DNA of 64,000 bases from Dehalococcoidia bacterium (GTDB taxonomy: Bacteria; Chloroflexota; Dehalococcoidia; Lucifugimonadales; UBA3495). Location of the stretch: the NCBI GenBank assembly GCA_965204805.1, contig CBDBFI010000002.1, positions 78,309-142,308 on the forward strand, in the 5' to 3' direction. The position numbers were made by a program, and so were the translations under genes. Shown here piece by piece: positions 11,165-21,655 of the stretch (within the stretch, counting starts at the first letter, position 1; the number at the start of each line of letters is the position of its first letter). A model generated the notes under the pieces. That model ran no database searches. It was not told the origin of the DNA and saw nothing but the letters and a program-made list of their open reading frames with translations.

Positions 11165-11362
11165 ATGAGTAATATGATTGACTTGTTGATTGTGTTGGGC
11201 GGCGCGTTACTTATGGTGTTCGGAGGAATTATCCTCTTTGTGTCCTTCTCGACGTGGCGTGAGGCAAGGACTCGCTTAGATTTTTTGGTGCCGACTCTTT
11301 TCGGTTTCGGTCTGTTTGCAGTTGGTGTCTTTGTAATTGTTGCCACAGGCCGTATATGGTAG
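11165..11362 (+). CDS. Small two-TM membrane protein
   Basis: 65 aa with two hydrophobic helices. Confidence 0.5.
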   Translation: MSNMIDLLIVLGGALLMVFGGIILFVSFSTWREARTRLDFLVPTLFGFGLFAVGVFVIVATGRIW

Positions 11363-11624
11363 CTGCTAGAGCTGTGGACTGAGGTGGACCCCATTGATTT
11401 GGCTATTTCCCATCTGCTTTCTCCAACTTTCACCAAATATAAAGAAACGCTCAAAAAGCCAGCCGGAGTGTCTTGATTACTGGAACAACGCCCGATATCA
11501 TCCAAAATGCGAAAGTTGGCTTGCACCCTCTCGCACTCTCATCCGGCGGCGGAGCAATCCGTCGCCAATTTTTGTGGAACCGTAAGATCAAGCGTTTTGC
11601 ATTTGACAAACTGAGAATCACTTC

Positions 11625-11815
11625 CAAACAGGGCGACAACCAGTGCGCCGATCTCATGCTCTCTCACGTGCTGGAGCTCGTCGATGAACAGTGCCAAACA
11701 GGAATCACCGCTTTTACGGCGTTCCCGGCCGCCTCCTGCAAGTCCGTTTCCAAGTCTCCGTTGTCCGCCAATCCGGGTTCAGGACCGAAATCCAGCCTAA
11801 CTTCGATGTCCTGAT
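11625..11815 (-). pseudogene. Fragment of an AAA-family ATP-binding protein
   Basis: Minus-strand pieces 'EPGLADNGDLETDL' and Walker B 'LFIDELQHV' lie in different frames. Confidence 0.5.
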
Positions 11816-11921
11816 AACAGTGCTATAATCCCGCCAATCACTCCTCCAGTCAGTCTTCGTGCATCCGCCCTGATCAAGTCCTGTCGAGCACCGCTGCCTT
11901 CGGGAGTCAAGACGGGTATTT

Positions 11922-13031
11922 ATGCTCAAGCAACTCAGCGAGTTGCCCTCTCCCACGCGGCGACGCATAAAGCTTATTGCAGCCCTTCTGGTGGCAGTTG
12001 CCCTGCTGATTGTTGCGTGGCAACTGCTTCTCGTCTTGGTTCCGGTGGCGGTAAGCGCCATAATTGCATCCTTTCTCATCCCATTGATGCGGCTGGGAGA
12101 ACGGACGCCCCTGGCGCGGCGCTGGCCGCGATTCAACCGTGTCCTGATAGCGGGAATAGCTACTCTCGTGGGCGTTGTCATAGTCCTGGCTGTCATTGGC
12201 ATAGGCGCCTATGCGCTGGTGGGCGGCGTTACTACTATCGCACAGGTGGTCCCCGCGATCATCGAGGAAGGCGATAGGGCGTTCGCGCAGACAGCGGCGG
12301 CATACCGGGAGCGAGTACCGGAGCAGATTCAGGAGCAGGTGGACCCGCGCCTGGCATCCTTCCGGGATTCCATTTACGATTCAGGTGTTGCGGCGATGGA
12401 GAAGGTGGCCAGCATCATCCAAAGCAACATCGGCCAGTTCGTAACCTTGCTGGCGACACCCATAGTGGTATTCCAGTTCCTCTACCGTCCGGGTGCTATA
12501 CCCGAGGCTGCGAGGCGGCTGATTCCGGGGCCGATACGGGAAGACCTATCGGAGATGGCCAGACTTGCCGGGGTAACCGTCATCGCCTATATCCGCGTCC
12601 AGTTGGTAGGGGCGGTCATGGTGGGCGTGACTGTCTGGCTGCTGTACTGGGCCGTAGGAATCCAGCTGGCTTTGCCCCTGGGGATGCTGGCTGCTGTGAC
12701 GGAACTGGTGCCTGTTATAGGGACTACACTGTTCATCCTGCTCATGGTCATCGCAGTGGCGCTGACTGACCTCCAGTTGCTGCCCCTGGCGGTGGTGTTT
12801 TATCTGCTGGTGCAAGTTATCCAGAACAGCCTGGTAACCCCACGGCTCCACGGGCTAGCCCTCGGCGTGCATCCGATGGGACTGCTGCTTTCCATAGCCA
12901 TCTTCGGGATGTTCTTTGGAATTCTTGGGGCACTGGTGGCCGCGCCGGTGACCGGGGCGGCATTTCGAGTTCTCCAGTACGTCGGCAGAGAATGGGAGCA
13001 GGCAGGAGTGGAAGCAGCCGGTGACCAGTAG
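11922..13031 (+). CDS. AI-2E family transporter
   Basis: Multi-TM; 'YIRVQL', 'ELVPVIG', 'PRLHGLALGVHP', 'FGILGALVAAPV'. Confidence 0.9.
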   Translation: MLKQLSELPSPTRRRIKLIAALLVAVALLIVAWQLLLVLVPVAVSAIIASFLIPLMRLGERTPLARRWPRFNRVLIAGIATLVGVVIVLAVIGIGAYALVGGVTTIAQVVPAIIEEGDRAFAQTAAAYRERVPEQIQEQVDPRLASFRDSIYDSGVAAMEKVASIIQSNIGQFVTLLATPIVVFQFLYRPGAIPEAARRLIPGPIREDLSEMARLAGVTVIAYIRVQLVGAVMVGVTVWLLYWAVGIQLALPLGMLAAVTELVPVIGTTLFILLMVIAVALTDLQLLPLAVVFYLLVQVIQNSLVTPRLHGLALGVHPMGLLLSIAIFGMFFGILGALVAAPVTGAAFRVLQYVGREWEQAGVEAAGDQ

Positions 13032-13294
13032 CCCGCTGCCGGCATGACAAGCGCAACTGTAGTATTAGGAGACCAACTGCGACTTTGGCGCTAACCACCC
13101 AGTGCGTCCGTTTTAGGTACTGCCATGAACAGCTGCTGGCCGCCTTGCAGAGGCGCTTCCTACCGGATTAAACATGGGGAGAAGGCGGCACGGGCCACCG
13201 GCCTGGGTCAGGCTATCAGCTACCGGATCGAGACATGAGGGTTGCGAGGCGCCTCTGGAACCGCAACCGGAAAAATCTTTAATAGGAAGCTCAC

Positions 13295-16200
13295 ATGCTC
13301 TCTGTGAAACATTTCAGGTTCCTGGCGATGGCAACCCTGACTATCCTGGCAGTCGCCCTGGCGGCAGCCCTGCCCGGCGTATCCGCCGACGGTGGCGTGG
13401 ACAAGAACGAGGAAGCTGCCCAGGGTCAGGAGCAGGCTGTATCCATCCCGGAAAAGGCCGGACTGAGTTACCTCAACCTGGGCTCCCACTTGGACCAACT
13501 GGTGGCCAGCGTGGAAGCGGGACAGGCCACGGCCCAGGATGCCGCCGCGGCTACGCCGGTGCATTCCGGGGAATCTGTAGCCGTGACCATCTACCTGTCC
13601 GGCAACGTGGATGAGGTGGTGAGCTTCCTGGAAGACAATGGCGGCGACCCGCGCAACGTGGGCGAGGACTATATAGAGGCCTACGTGCCGGTGACCTTGT
13701 TGGGAGCGGTCTCGGAACAGCCCGGCGTTATCCGGGTGCGGGAAATCGTGCCGCCCCAGCCTGCCCAGACCGTCCAGCGGATCACCGGGCACGGCCCGGC
13801 GGTGCATGGCTCACCGGCTTGGAATCAGGCGGGATACAGCGGCCAGGGCGTCAAGGTCGGGGTAATCGACCTCGGATTCAGGGGCTTGACCAGTCTTATG
13901 GGGACCGAACTGCCGGCAACGGTCCACGCCAGGTGCTATACCGATATCGGAATGTTCACCGAAAACCTGGCCGACTGTGAGGCAGTCGAACCGGTGCCCG
14001 ATACCACCCTTCCGGAATGTCGCGACGCTGTTCAGCGCAGGGCCGTGGAAGTGGCCGATCATGGCACCATTGTCGCCGAGTCAGTCCTTGACATAGCCCC
14101 AGAGGTGGAACTCTACATCTCCCAACCTGGTTCACGGGCAGACCTGCAAGATGCCTCGGAGTGGATGGCATCCCAGGGCGTATCGGTTATCAACTACTCG
14201 GTGGGTTGGATTTTCGATGGTCCCGGCGATGGCACATCTCCCTCCAGCATCAGCCCCCTGAATACTGTGGACCAGTCGGTGTCAAGCGGAGTCATTTGGG
14301 TCAACTCGGCGGGCAATTCTGGCCAGGCCGCCTGGTTTGGCGGCTACTCCAACCCGGACGGTGATAGGGCAGTCTCATTTGGCGGCCAAAACGACGAAGT
14401 CATGGATATACCCGTCAGGGAGTGCCGGGCGTATACGGTCCAGTTGCGGTGGGAAGACACCTGGGAAGGAGCAAGTACGGACCTGGACCTTTACTTTTAC
14501 AACAAAAATACTGGCGATGTCGTTTTTTCCAGCGAAGGTGAACAATCGGGGGAAACCGGCCATGTGCCATACGAAAGATTTTCCTATCGGTTCGCATCTG
14601 ACAGCAACGATTATGGCCTAGTTGTCAGCCACCACGGCGGCGACGCGCCAGCCTGGATTCAGGTAATGGTATGGGGAACTTATATTGAGCATTACACCAG
14701 GAACGGCAGCATCGGAAATCCGGGGGAAAGCGCCAACCTCGGCATGTTGGCCGTGGGCGCAGCCCACTGGAACGACGTTCACACCATCGAGCCTTACAGC
14801 AGCCGCGGCCCCACGCCGGACGGGCGGGTCAACCCCAAGCCTGACATAGTCGGGGCGGACTGCGGGGTAACAGCGCGAAGCCCCCTTGACGAGTATAACG
14901 ATGGTTTCTGCGGCACCAGCCAGGCGTCCCCTCACGTGGCCGGCATGGCCGCGTTGGTGCGGCAGCGGTTCCCCAGCTACACCCCGGCTCAGGTCGCCAG
15001 CTACCTGAAGGACAACGCGGAGCAGAGACGGAGCCCGGATCCCAACGACACCTGGGGGCATGGCTTCGCCCAACTCCCGCCGCCGGACGGGACAGCGACT
15101 CCAGTTCCAGTGCCGTCCAATGTCTTCACCTGGAACCAGGCGGCAGACTTCAACACACTGGCCGACGCTTCCAATCGGGTGCCGCGAGGCATATGGTCCG
15201 ACGGCGAGACCATGTGGGTGGCGGACATCCGTTACGGGAACGAGAAGATCTACGCCTACGACATGGCGACCAAGGCGCGGGTCTCAAGCAGGGATTTCGA
15301 TAACCTGACAGCCGCTGGAAACACTTTGCCGTTCGGCATCTGGTCCGACGGCGAGATCATGTGGGTGGCGGACTTGTTCGACGAAAAGATCTACGCCTAC
15401 GACATGGCGACCAAGGCGCGGGTCTCCGACAATGATTTCGATAACCTGCAAGCTGCTGGAAATACTTGGCCGACAGGCATCTGGTCCGACGGCGAGACCA
15501 TGTGGGTGGCGGACTGGATTGACGACAAGATCTACGCCTACGATATGGCCACTAAAGGGCGGGTCTCCGGCAGGGATTTCAATTTCCTCAAAGCTGCCAG
15601 GAACTTCAGTCCAATAGACATCTGGTCCGACGGGATGACCATGTGGGTGGTAGATACATCTATCGGTAAGGTTTATGCCTACGACATGGCTACCGCGGCC
15701 CGGGTTCCCGGCAGGGAATTCAATACCCTGGAAGCCGCTGGAAACCTGAGACCGAGAGGCATCTGGTCCGACGGCACGACCACGTGGGTTTCGGACTCGG
15801 AAGACGCCAAGATTTACGCCTACCATACGGAGAGGGACGCGCTGGTTGCTATCTACAGCGCCACCGGCGGAGCTGACTGGACCAACCGCGCCAACTGGTT
15901 GACCGACGAGCTTGTGGGGCAATGGCACGGCGTAAACATTGACGCCAACGGCCGCGTCTCCAGCGTGGATCTCCAAAATAATGCGTTGAGCGGCCAAATC
16001 CCGGCGGAACTGGTCAGCCTCACAAACCTGGAGCAACTGCGGCTCAACGACAACCAGTTGACCGGGGAGATACCGGCAGGTCTGGGCCGCTTGGAGAATC
16101 TGACGCTGCTGCATCTGTCTGGAAACCAACTGACCGGGTGCGTGCCGGCCGCTTTGATGGATGTGGAGGACAACGATTTCGCCCAGCTTGGGCTGGCCTT

Positions 16201-16699
16201 CTGCGCCCCTGCGGCCGCCACCAGGTCCTTCTCCGCAACCACGGTTGCGCCGGACAGGCAGGTGACGGTGACCATCACAGCCGCTGATTACGGTGATTCC
16301 GGACAAGTCTCGGAGACGCTGCCCCCAGGGTTCGCCTACGTATCCAGCAGTCTCTCCGAAGGTCAGGCCACGGCCACCGGCCAGACGGTCCAGGAGGTAA
16401 GGTTCGCGCTGAGCGGAGAGACGTCCTTCACCTACGCCGTAACCGCATCCAGCAGCGAGGCTCCTTATACCTTCTCCGGCACTCTGAGGGATTCTGAAGG
16501 GAATGATCATCCAGTGGGTGGTGATGCCACGGTGACAGTGTCCTTGATGGAGGCGATGCTGGCCGAGCATGACGCCAATGAGAATGGCAGGATTGACAGG
16601 AGTGAAGCCATCGCGGCTCTCCGCAGTTACCTCTCAGGTGACGGAAGTGTCACCCGTGAAGAGGTGATAGCGGTGCTCCGACTCTACCTCGGCTACTAA
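13295..16699 (+). CDS. Secreted S8 (subtilisin-like) serine peptidase with five WSDG propeller repeats, LRR and C-terminal EF-hand/dockerin-like tail
   Basis: Signal peptide; catalytic triad GVIDLG / DHGT / GTSQASPHVAG; 5x 'IWSDG...WV...AY'; LRR 'LxLxxNxLxGxIP'; 'HDANENGRIDRSE'. Confidence 0.9.
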   Translation: MLSVKHFRFLAMATLTILAVALAAALPGVSADGGVDKNEEAAQGQEQAVSIPEKAGLSYLNLGSHLDQLVASVEAGQATAQDAAAATPVHSGESVAVTIYLSGNVDEVVSFLEDNGGDPRNVGEDYIEAYVPVTLLGAVSEQPGVIRVREIVPPQPAQTVQRITGHGPAVHGSPAWNQAGYSGQGVKVGVIDLGFRGLTSLMGTELPATVHARCYTDIGMFTENLADCEAVEPVPDTTLPECRDAVQRRAVEVADHGTIVAESVLDIAPEVELYISQPGSRADLQDASEWMASQGVSVINYSVGWIFDGPGDGTSPSSISPLNTVDQSVSSGVIWVNSAGNSGQAAWFGGYSNPDGDRAVSFGGQNDEVMDIPVRECRAYTVQLRWEDTWEGASTDLDLYFYNKNTGDVVFSSEGEQSGETGHVPYERFSYRFASDSNDYGLVVSHHGGDAPAWIQVMVWGTYIEHYTRNGSIGNPGESANLGMLAVGAAHWNDVHTIEPYSSRGPTPDGRVNPKPDIVGADCGVTARSPLDEYNDGFCGTSQASPHVAGMAALVRQRFPSYTPAQVASYLKDNAEQRRSPDPNDTWGHGFAQLPPPDGTATPVPVPSNVFTWNQAADFNTLADASNRVPRGIWSDGETMWVADIRYGNEKIYAYDMATKARVSSRDFDNLTAAGNTLPFGIWSDGEIMWVADLFDEKIYAYDMATKARVSDNDFDNLQAAGNTWPTGIWSDGETMWVADWIDDKIYAYDMATKGRVSGRDFNFLKAARNFSPIDIWSDGMTMWVVDTSIGKVYAYDMATAARVPGREFNTLEAAGNLRPRGIWSDGTTTWVSDSEDAKIYAYHTERDALVAIYSATGGADWTNRANWLTDELVGQWHGVNIDANGRVSSVDLQNNALSGQIPAELVSLTNLEQLRLNDNQLTGEIPAGLGRLENLTLLHLSGNQLTGCVPAALMDVEDNDFAQLGLAFCAPAAATRSFSATTVAPDRQVTVTITAADYGDSGQVSETLPPGFAYVSSSLSEGQATATGQTVQEVRFALSGETSFTYAVTASSSEAPYTFSGTLRDSEGNDHPVGGDATVTVSLMEAMLAEHDANENGRIDRSEAIAALRSYLSGDGSVTREEVIAVLRLYLGY

Positions 16700-16748
16700 A
16701 GTCGAGGTGGTCTCCATGCATCACTGGCAGGGCGATCGCGTCTTGATT

Positions 16749-19013
16749 TCAGCAGTTCGGCAGGCTGGAGCTGTGGACCGGTGTGGCCGATTGGAGGGGG
16801 TTGATCAACCGCAGGTCGAAGCGGTCCAGGTTCATCACCTTGTCCCACGCGGCCACGTAGTCGCGCACCAGGGCCTGCTGCCCGTCGTCGCATCCGTACA
16901 CCTCCGAGAGGGCGCGCAGTTCCGGGTTGGAACCGAATGCCAGGTCCACCCTGGTGCCGGTCCACCTGAGGTCGCCGGTCTGGCGGTCCCGGCCCTCGAA
17001 TACCCCCTCAGCCGTGGAGCAGGCCCGCCACTCGGTGCTCATGTCCAGCAGGTTCACGAAGAAGTCATTGGTCAACGCCCCCGGCCGGTGGGTGAAGACC
17101 CCGTGCTGGGACTGCCCGGTATTGGCATCCAAGACCCGCATCCCGCCAACCAGCGCCGTCATCTCCGGCGGGGTCAGCGTCAGCAGGGCTGCCCGCTCCA
17201 CCAGCAGTTCCTCCGCAGATTCCCGGTGTCCGTCCCGCAGGTAGTTGCGGAACCCGTCGGCGGCGGGCTGGAGCACCGAGAAGGACTCGGCGTCGGTCCA
17301 CTCATTAGAGGCGTCGGTCCGTCCCGGCGTAAAGGGGACCAGCACGTCATGCCCGCCGTTCCTGGCCGCCTGCTCGACGCCGGCGCACCCGGCCAGAACG
17401 ATCAGGTCGGCCAGGGCAACCCTCTTCCCACCGGTCTGGGCACTGTTGAACTCCCACTGGACCCGCTCCAGCACCCGCAATACCCTCTCCAACCGGGCCG
17501 GGTCGTTCACCTTCCAGTCTCGCTGCGGCGTTAGACGGATGCGCGCGCCGTTGGCCCCGCCCCGCTTGTCGGTGCCGCGGAAAGTCGCCGCCGATGCCCA
17601 TGCGGTGGCCACCAGTTGGGAAACGGACAGGCCAGTAGCCAGGACCCTGGCCTTGAGGTCGGCGATGTCCCGCTCATCGATCAACTGGTGGTCCACGCCG
17701 GGCACCGGGTCCTGCCACAACATCTGCTCCGGCGGGACCAGCGGCCCCAGATACCGGCTCCTGGGGCCCATGTCGCGGTGGGTCAACTTGAACCAGGCCT
17801 TGGCGAAGGCGTCCTCAAATTCCGCCGGACTCTCCAGGAAGCGCTTGGCAATGGTCCCATAGGCAGGATCCATACGCAGAGAGAGGTCTGTGGTGAGCAT
17901 CATGGGGGCGTGTCTCGCGGACCCGTCGTGGGCGTCCGGGACGGTGGCCGCACCGAGACCGTTCTCGGGAGCATATTGCCACTTGCCGGCCATGCTTTTC
18001 GTCAATTCCCAATCATAGGCGTGCAGATTCTCGACGAACTCGTGGTCCCACTGCACCGGGTTGCTGGTCCAGGCACCTTCCAGGCCACTGGTGAAGGTAT
18101 CCCCGCCCCGGCCGCTGCCGAAGCCGCTCCTCCAGCCCAGACACTGCTCCTCGATGCCGGTGGCCTCCGGCCCGGGTCCAACGAAGTCCTCGGAGCCGGC
18201 GCCGTGCGCTTTGCCGAAGGTGTGTCCGCCCGCTATGAGCGCCACCGTCTCCTCGTCGTTCATGCCCATGCGGCGGAAGGTCTGGCGAATGTGCCGCGCC
18301 GCCGCCATCGGGTCGGGGTTGCCGCCGGGTCCCTCCGGGTTCACGTAGATCAGGCCCATCTGGTCGGCGCCGTAGGGTTCCTCCAGTTCCCCGCTGTCGT
18401 CGTGGCGGTCGTCTCCCAGCCACCGGTCCTCTGTCCCCCAGCAAGTCCCGTCCGCCTCCCAGGTGTCCGGGCGGCCGAAGGCAAAGCCCAGGGTCCTGAA
18501 GCCCATATCCTCCAGGGCGCAGTTGCCGGCGAAGATGATCAGGTCGGCCCAGGATACCTGGCGGCCATACTTCTGCTTGACCGGCCAGAGCAGGCGGCGT
18601 GCCTTGTCCAGGTTGGCGTTGTCGGGCCAACTGTTGAGGGGAGCAAAGCGCATCTGGCCGGAGCCGCCGCCGCCCCGCCCGTCGCCGGTGCGGTAGGTGC
18701 CTGCGGCGTGCCACGCCATCCGGATGAAGAGGGGACCGTAGTGGCCGTAGTCAGCTGGCCACCAGTCCTGGGACGCCTTCATCACCTCCACGATGTCCTT
18801 CCTCAGCGCGTCGACGTCCAGGGTCTCCAAGGCTTCGGCGTAGCGGAAGTCCTGGCCCATGGGATCTGATGCGGGCGAGTTCCGCCGAAGGGCCTTCAGG
18901 GCCACCTGCTGCGGCCCCCCGTATAGAGGCGAGGCCGCTTCTCCGCCGGGCAAAGTCTGATCTTGATCATGGTTTTCCGACAGTGGGCAGTGGGTCAAGG
19001 TCGCTGTAACCAA
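16749..19013 (-). CDS. katG: Catalase-peroxidase
   Basis: [50 protein letters not shown]. Likely TTG start at 19013, 8 nt after GAGGAGG. Confidence 0.97.
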   Translation of the reverse strand: MVTATLTHCPLSENHDQDQTLPGGEAASPLYGGPQQVALKALRRNSPASDPMGQDFRYAEALETLDVDALRKDIVEVMKASQDWWPADYGHYGPLFIRMAWHAAGTYRTGDGRGGGGSGQMRFAPLNSWPDNANLDKARRLLWPVKQKYGRQVSWADLIIFAGNCALEDMGFRTLGFAFGRPDTWEADGTCWGTEDRWLGDDRHDDSGELEEPYGADQMGLIYVNPEGPGGNPDPMAAARHIRQTFRRMGMNDEETVALIAGGHTFGKAHGAGSEDFVGPGPEATGIEEQCLGWRSGFGSGRGGDTFTSGLEGAWTSNPVQWDHEFVENLHAYDWELTKSMAGKWQYAPENGLGAATVPDAHDGSARHAPMMLTTDLSLRMDPAYGTIAKRFLESPAEFEDAFAKAWFKLTHRDMGPRSRYLGPLVPPEQMLWQDPVPGVDHQLIDERDIADLKARVLATGLSVSQLVATAWASAATFRGTDKRGGANGARIRLTPQRDWKVNDPARLERVLRVLERVQWEFNSAQTGGKRVALADLIVLAGCAGVEQAARNGGHDVLVPFTPGRTDASNEWTDAESFSVLQPAADGFRNYLRDGHRESAEELLVERAALLTLTPPEMTALVGGMRVLDANTGQSQHGVFTHRPGALTNDFFVNLLDMSTEWRACSTAEGVFEGRDRQTGDLRWTGTRVDLAFGSNPELRALSEVYGCDDGQQALVRDYVAAWDKVMNLDRFDLRLINPLQSATPVHSSSLPNC

Positions 19014-19053
19014 AGGGGCAGCCTCCTCTGTTTTTGATGTATTTATTATTACA

Positions 19054-19068
19054 TTATAATAATTATAA
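19054..19068. promoter_or_regulatory. PerR/Fur-family operator (Per box)
   Basis: Perfect 7-1-7 palindrome TTATAATAATTATAA in an AT-rich patch about 40 nt upstream of katG. Confidence 0.85.
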
Positions 19069-19521
19069 AACAATACCAATTATAGTATGCTGACACCCCC
19101 GGTCCGGAGTCAGCGTTGCTGGAAAGATCAGGGGAGGGATACCCCGGTCCCAGCGCGGAGTTGTTCCGGCTGTTGGCGGAGGCAAGGCCCGCGGGTTTGC
19201 CGTGCCTTTAGTAGCTGGGAATGTGGTTCAGCTATAGACCGGGATTGCATTGATGCAAGTTGCCCGTCGGCCTCTTCCACCACCGCTGTCCACACCCAGC
19301 ACTTCCCCTGCCGTCTTGCCCCAACGTAAGACTACATATCATCGAAGGAAAAGAAGCAAGCGGGATTGACGAGGACGTTTTCCGTTAAAACTCGCCGTCA
19401 AATCCAGCGTTAGCGAGCGTCTCGTCAGCTATCGTCACCAGTAACTCCTCACTCTTGTCAGCTGATATGCGCACTGATGACAGGGGTGTCCAGACAGACT
19501 TGGAAGCATGAGGACACGCTG

Positions 19522-20007
19522 ATGACGACTGTATCGAGAGTGACCAGACAGGATGCGGCTACCCACCTCGGGGTCTCCGAGGCGACGGTCGACCGAATGA
19601 TCAAGCGCGGCGAACTGCGGACCGACAAGGAACCTCAGGGCAGCCGGTACAAGGTCTGGGTCTTGCTTGACGATACCGAGCAGATACCTGGTGACAAGCT
19701 TGATGAGAACAGCGTCTACACAGTGCAGACACCTGCTGAGAACGGTGTCCACTCACGCGAGGACGGCATCTATACAGGTGAGGACGACCTGACAGCGCTG
19801 CGGACAGAGAATAGGGGTCTCCGGGAACTGGCCGACTACCACAGGGAGCTGCTTAGGGACGCAGAGTGGCGGTACCAGGAGCTTATGGAGCAGCTGAAGC
19901 TCAGCCAAGAGAACATGGCCACTCTCACCAAGGCCCTGCCAGCGGCGGTGGACGGGAACAATGCTTCACCACGTCGGAGCTGGTGGCCCTTTGGAAGGAA
20001 GAGCTGA
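19522..20007 (+). CDS. Excisionase/MerR-like HTH protein with coiled coil
   Basis: 'TRQDAATHLGVSEATVDRMIKRGEL', coiled coil, C-terminal RRSWWPFGRK. Confidence 0.75.
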   Translation: MTTVSRVTRQDAATHLGVSEATVDRMIKRGELRTDKEPQGSRYKVWVLLDDTEQIPGDKLDENSVYTVQTPAENGVHSREDGIYTGEDDLTALRTENRGLRELADYHRELLRDAEWRYQELMEQLKLSQENMATLTKALPAAVDGNNASPRRSWWPFGRKS

Positions 20008-20156
20008 AAACCAACTCCCTGCAGCGGCTCTGCACAATGAATCGGAATTAAAACGGAAAAACCATTTTCTGCACAACGAATGAGTTCAGAGGGACCATAC
20101 CCGGGCATCATGATCACTCTAATGAAATGATAAAATTGGAAGTCCAGCAGGGACAC

Positions 20157-20957
20157 ATGACTACCATCAACGACATATCGGACCTGATCAGGATACTGCG
20201 GGACGACCCGGCATGGGCCGAGGCTGTCCGAAGCGTGCTGCTGTCCCAAGAACTGCTGAGGCTGCCCGAGGAAGTCGCCGCCCTCACCAGGGCCTTCCGG
20301 GAATTCGCCGAGGCCACCAACCGGAGACTGGAAATCCTCGAAGCAGGCCAGGACGAGCTCCAGCAGGGTCAAGCCCAGCTCCAGACCACGGTTGACACTC
20401 TACAGACCACCGTCAACGGCCTGCAGACCACCGTTAATGGAATGCAGACCACCGTCAATGGAATGCGGGGAGAGTTGGGCAACCTGTCCGGATCTTTCTT
20501 CCAGCGGCGCGCCGCAAACTTCGCAGGCCGCGTGGCCAGGAGGGACTTTCACCTCCGGCAGACCAGCCTGGTGCACCATGCCGACCAGGTCGGAGACAGC
20601 GCCCTCAAGCAGGTGCTCGACGACGCGGCCGAAGACTCCTCCCGCGATTTCACCGAGGACGACGCCGCTCTGGTGGAACAGGCAGACGCCGTCATTGCGG
20701 GCAAAGCTCCAAACGGAGCCCAAGTCTACCTGCTGGCCGAGGCGTCCATCACCATAGTCAAAGGCGACGTCGACCGGGCAAAGGACAGAGCGGAACTGCT
20801 ACAGCGCGCTGTCGGTGCGACAACTCATGCCCTCGTCGTAGGCGAAGCCATCACCGACGAAGCCAGAGCGCAGGCAAAGAACCGCACTGTCGCGTTCGCC
20901 GCTTTCACCCCGAGAAGATCCCCAGCGCAGGACCTCCAAACTTCTCAGGAAAACTGA
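20157..20957 (+). CDS. Hypothetical coiled-coil protein with heptad repeats and a possible PD-(D/E)XK-like C-domain
   Basis: 4x 21-bp repeat encoding QTTV(D/N)xx; 'ADAVI...YLLAEASIT...DVDRA'. Confidence 0.6.
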   Translation: MTTINDISDLIRILRDDPAWAEAVRSVLLSQELLRLPEEVAALTRAFREFAEATNRRLEILEAGQDELQQGQAQLQTTVDTLQTTVNGLQTTVNGMQTTVNGMRGELGNLSGSFFQRRAANFAGRVARRDFHLRQTSLVHHADQVGDSALKQVLDDAAEDSSRDFTEDDAALVEQADAVIAGKAPNGAQVYLLAEASITIVKGDVDRAKDRAELLQRAVGATTHALVVGEAITDEARAQAKNRTVAFAAFTPRRSPAQDLQTSQEN

Positions 20958-21049
20958 GAATCCTCAGCCCGGATGAAGAGAGCCAAGCAGAGGTTGACGA
21001 CTAGACATTGGTTTGTTAACAATCATTAACCAATACTATAATACCGGCT

Positions 21050-21655
21050 ATGCCGTATATACCCGGCCGCAAAGCTGCGGCACAGCTCGGAATCCACCAG
21101 AACACACTCAGGCGATACGCTGATGAAGGACGGATCCGGGCCATCAGGACGAAGTCGGGACAACGCCGCTACGACGTTGACGCCTACCTGCGCGAATCCG
21201 CCGACGCCGCCCTCGTCTGCTACTGCCGGGTCAGCAGCGCCAAGCAACGGGACGATCTCCAAAGGCAGATCGCCTTCATGCGGGAGCGATACCCTGAAGC
21301 CGAAATCGTCCAGGATATCGGCGGAGGGCTCAACTGGAAGCGAAAAGGACTTGTCTCCCTACTGGAGCGACTTCACCGCGGCGATAAGCTCCGGATTGTG
21401 GTTGCCCATAGAGACCGGCTCGCACGGTTCGGGTTCGAGCTTGTCCAGTGGCTTGCCGAGCAGAACGGCGGTGGGATCGTGGTTCTCGACAACACGGACT
21501 ACAGCCCCGAGCAGGAACTCACCGAGGATATTCTCGCCATACTCCACACCTTCTCTTGCCGACTTCACGGCCTGCGTCGCTACCGCAATGCAATCAAGGA
21601 GGATCCGGGTCTATCCGGCAAGGGAACAGCGCCGGATCCTCAAACTCTGGTTTGA
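21050..21655 (+). CDS. tnpA: IS607 serine transposase
   Basis: MerR-like HTH, YCRVSSAKQRDDLQRQ, HRDRLARFGF, ELTEDILAILHTFS. Confidence 0.95.
   Translation: MPYIPGRKAAAQLGIHQNTLRRYADEGRIRAIRTKSGQRRYDVDAYLRESADAALVCYCRVSSAKQRDDLQRQIAFMRERYPEAEIVQDIGGGLNWKRKGLVSLLERLHRGDKLRIVVAHRDRLARFGFELVQWLAEQNGGGIVVLDNTDYSPEQELTEDILAILHTFSCRLHGLRRYRNAIKEDPGLSGKGTAPDPQTLV

Noticed and set aside
15141-15830. ~140-bp DNA repeats as a DGR or array
   Set aside because: These are in-frame protein propeller repeats; no reverse transcriptase is present and no adenine-specific variation was noticed.
15284-18869. Long antisense ORFs opposite the S8 protease and katG (also opposite dnaB and the ABC SBP)
   Set aside because: Shadow ORFs expected from high-GC codon bias.
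19014-19079. N-terminal extension of KatG from the ORF track
   Set aside because: It translates the AT-rich promoter and Per box; the RBS supports a start at 19013.
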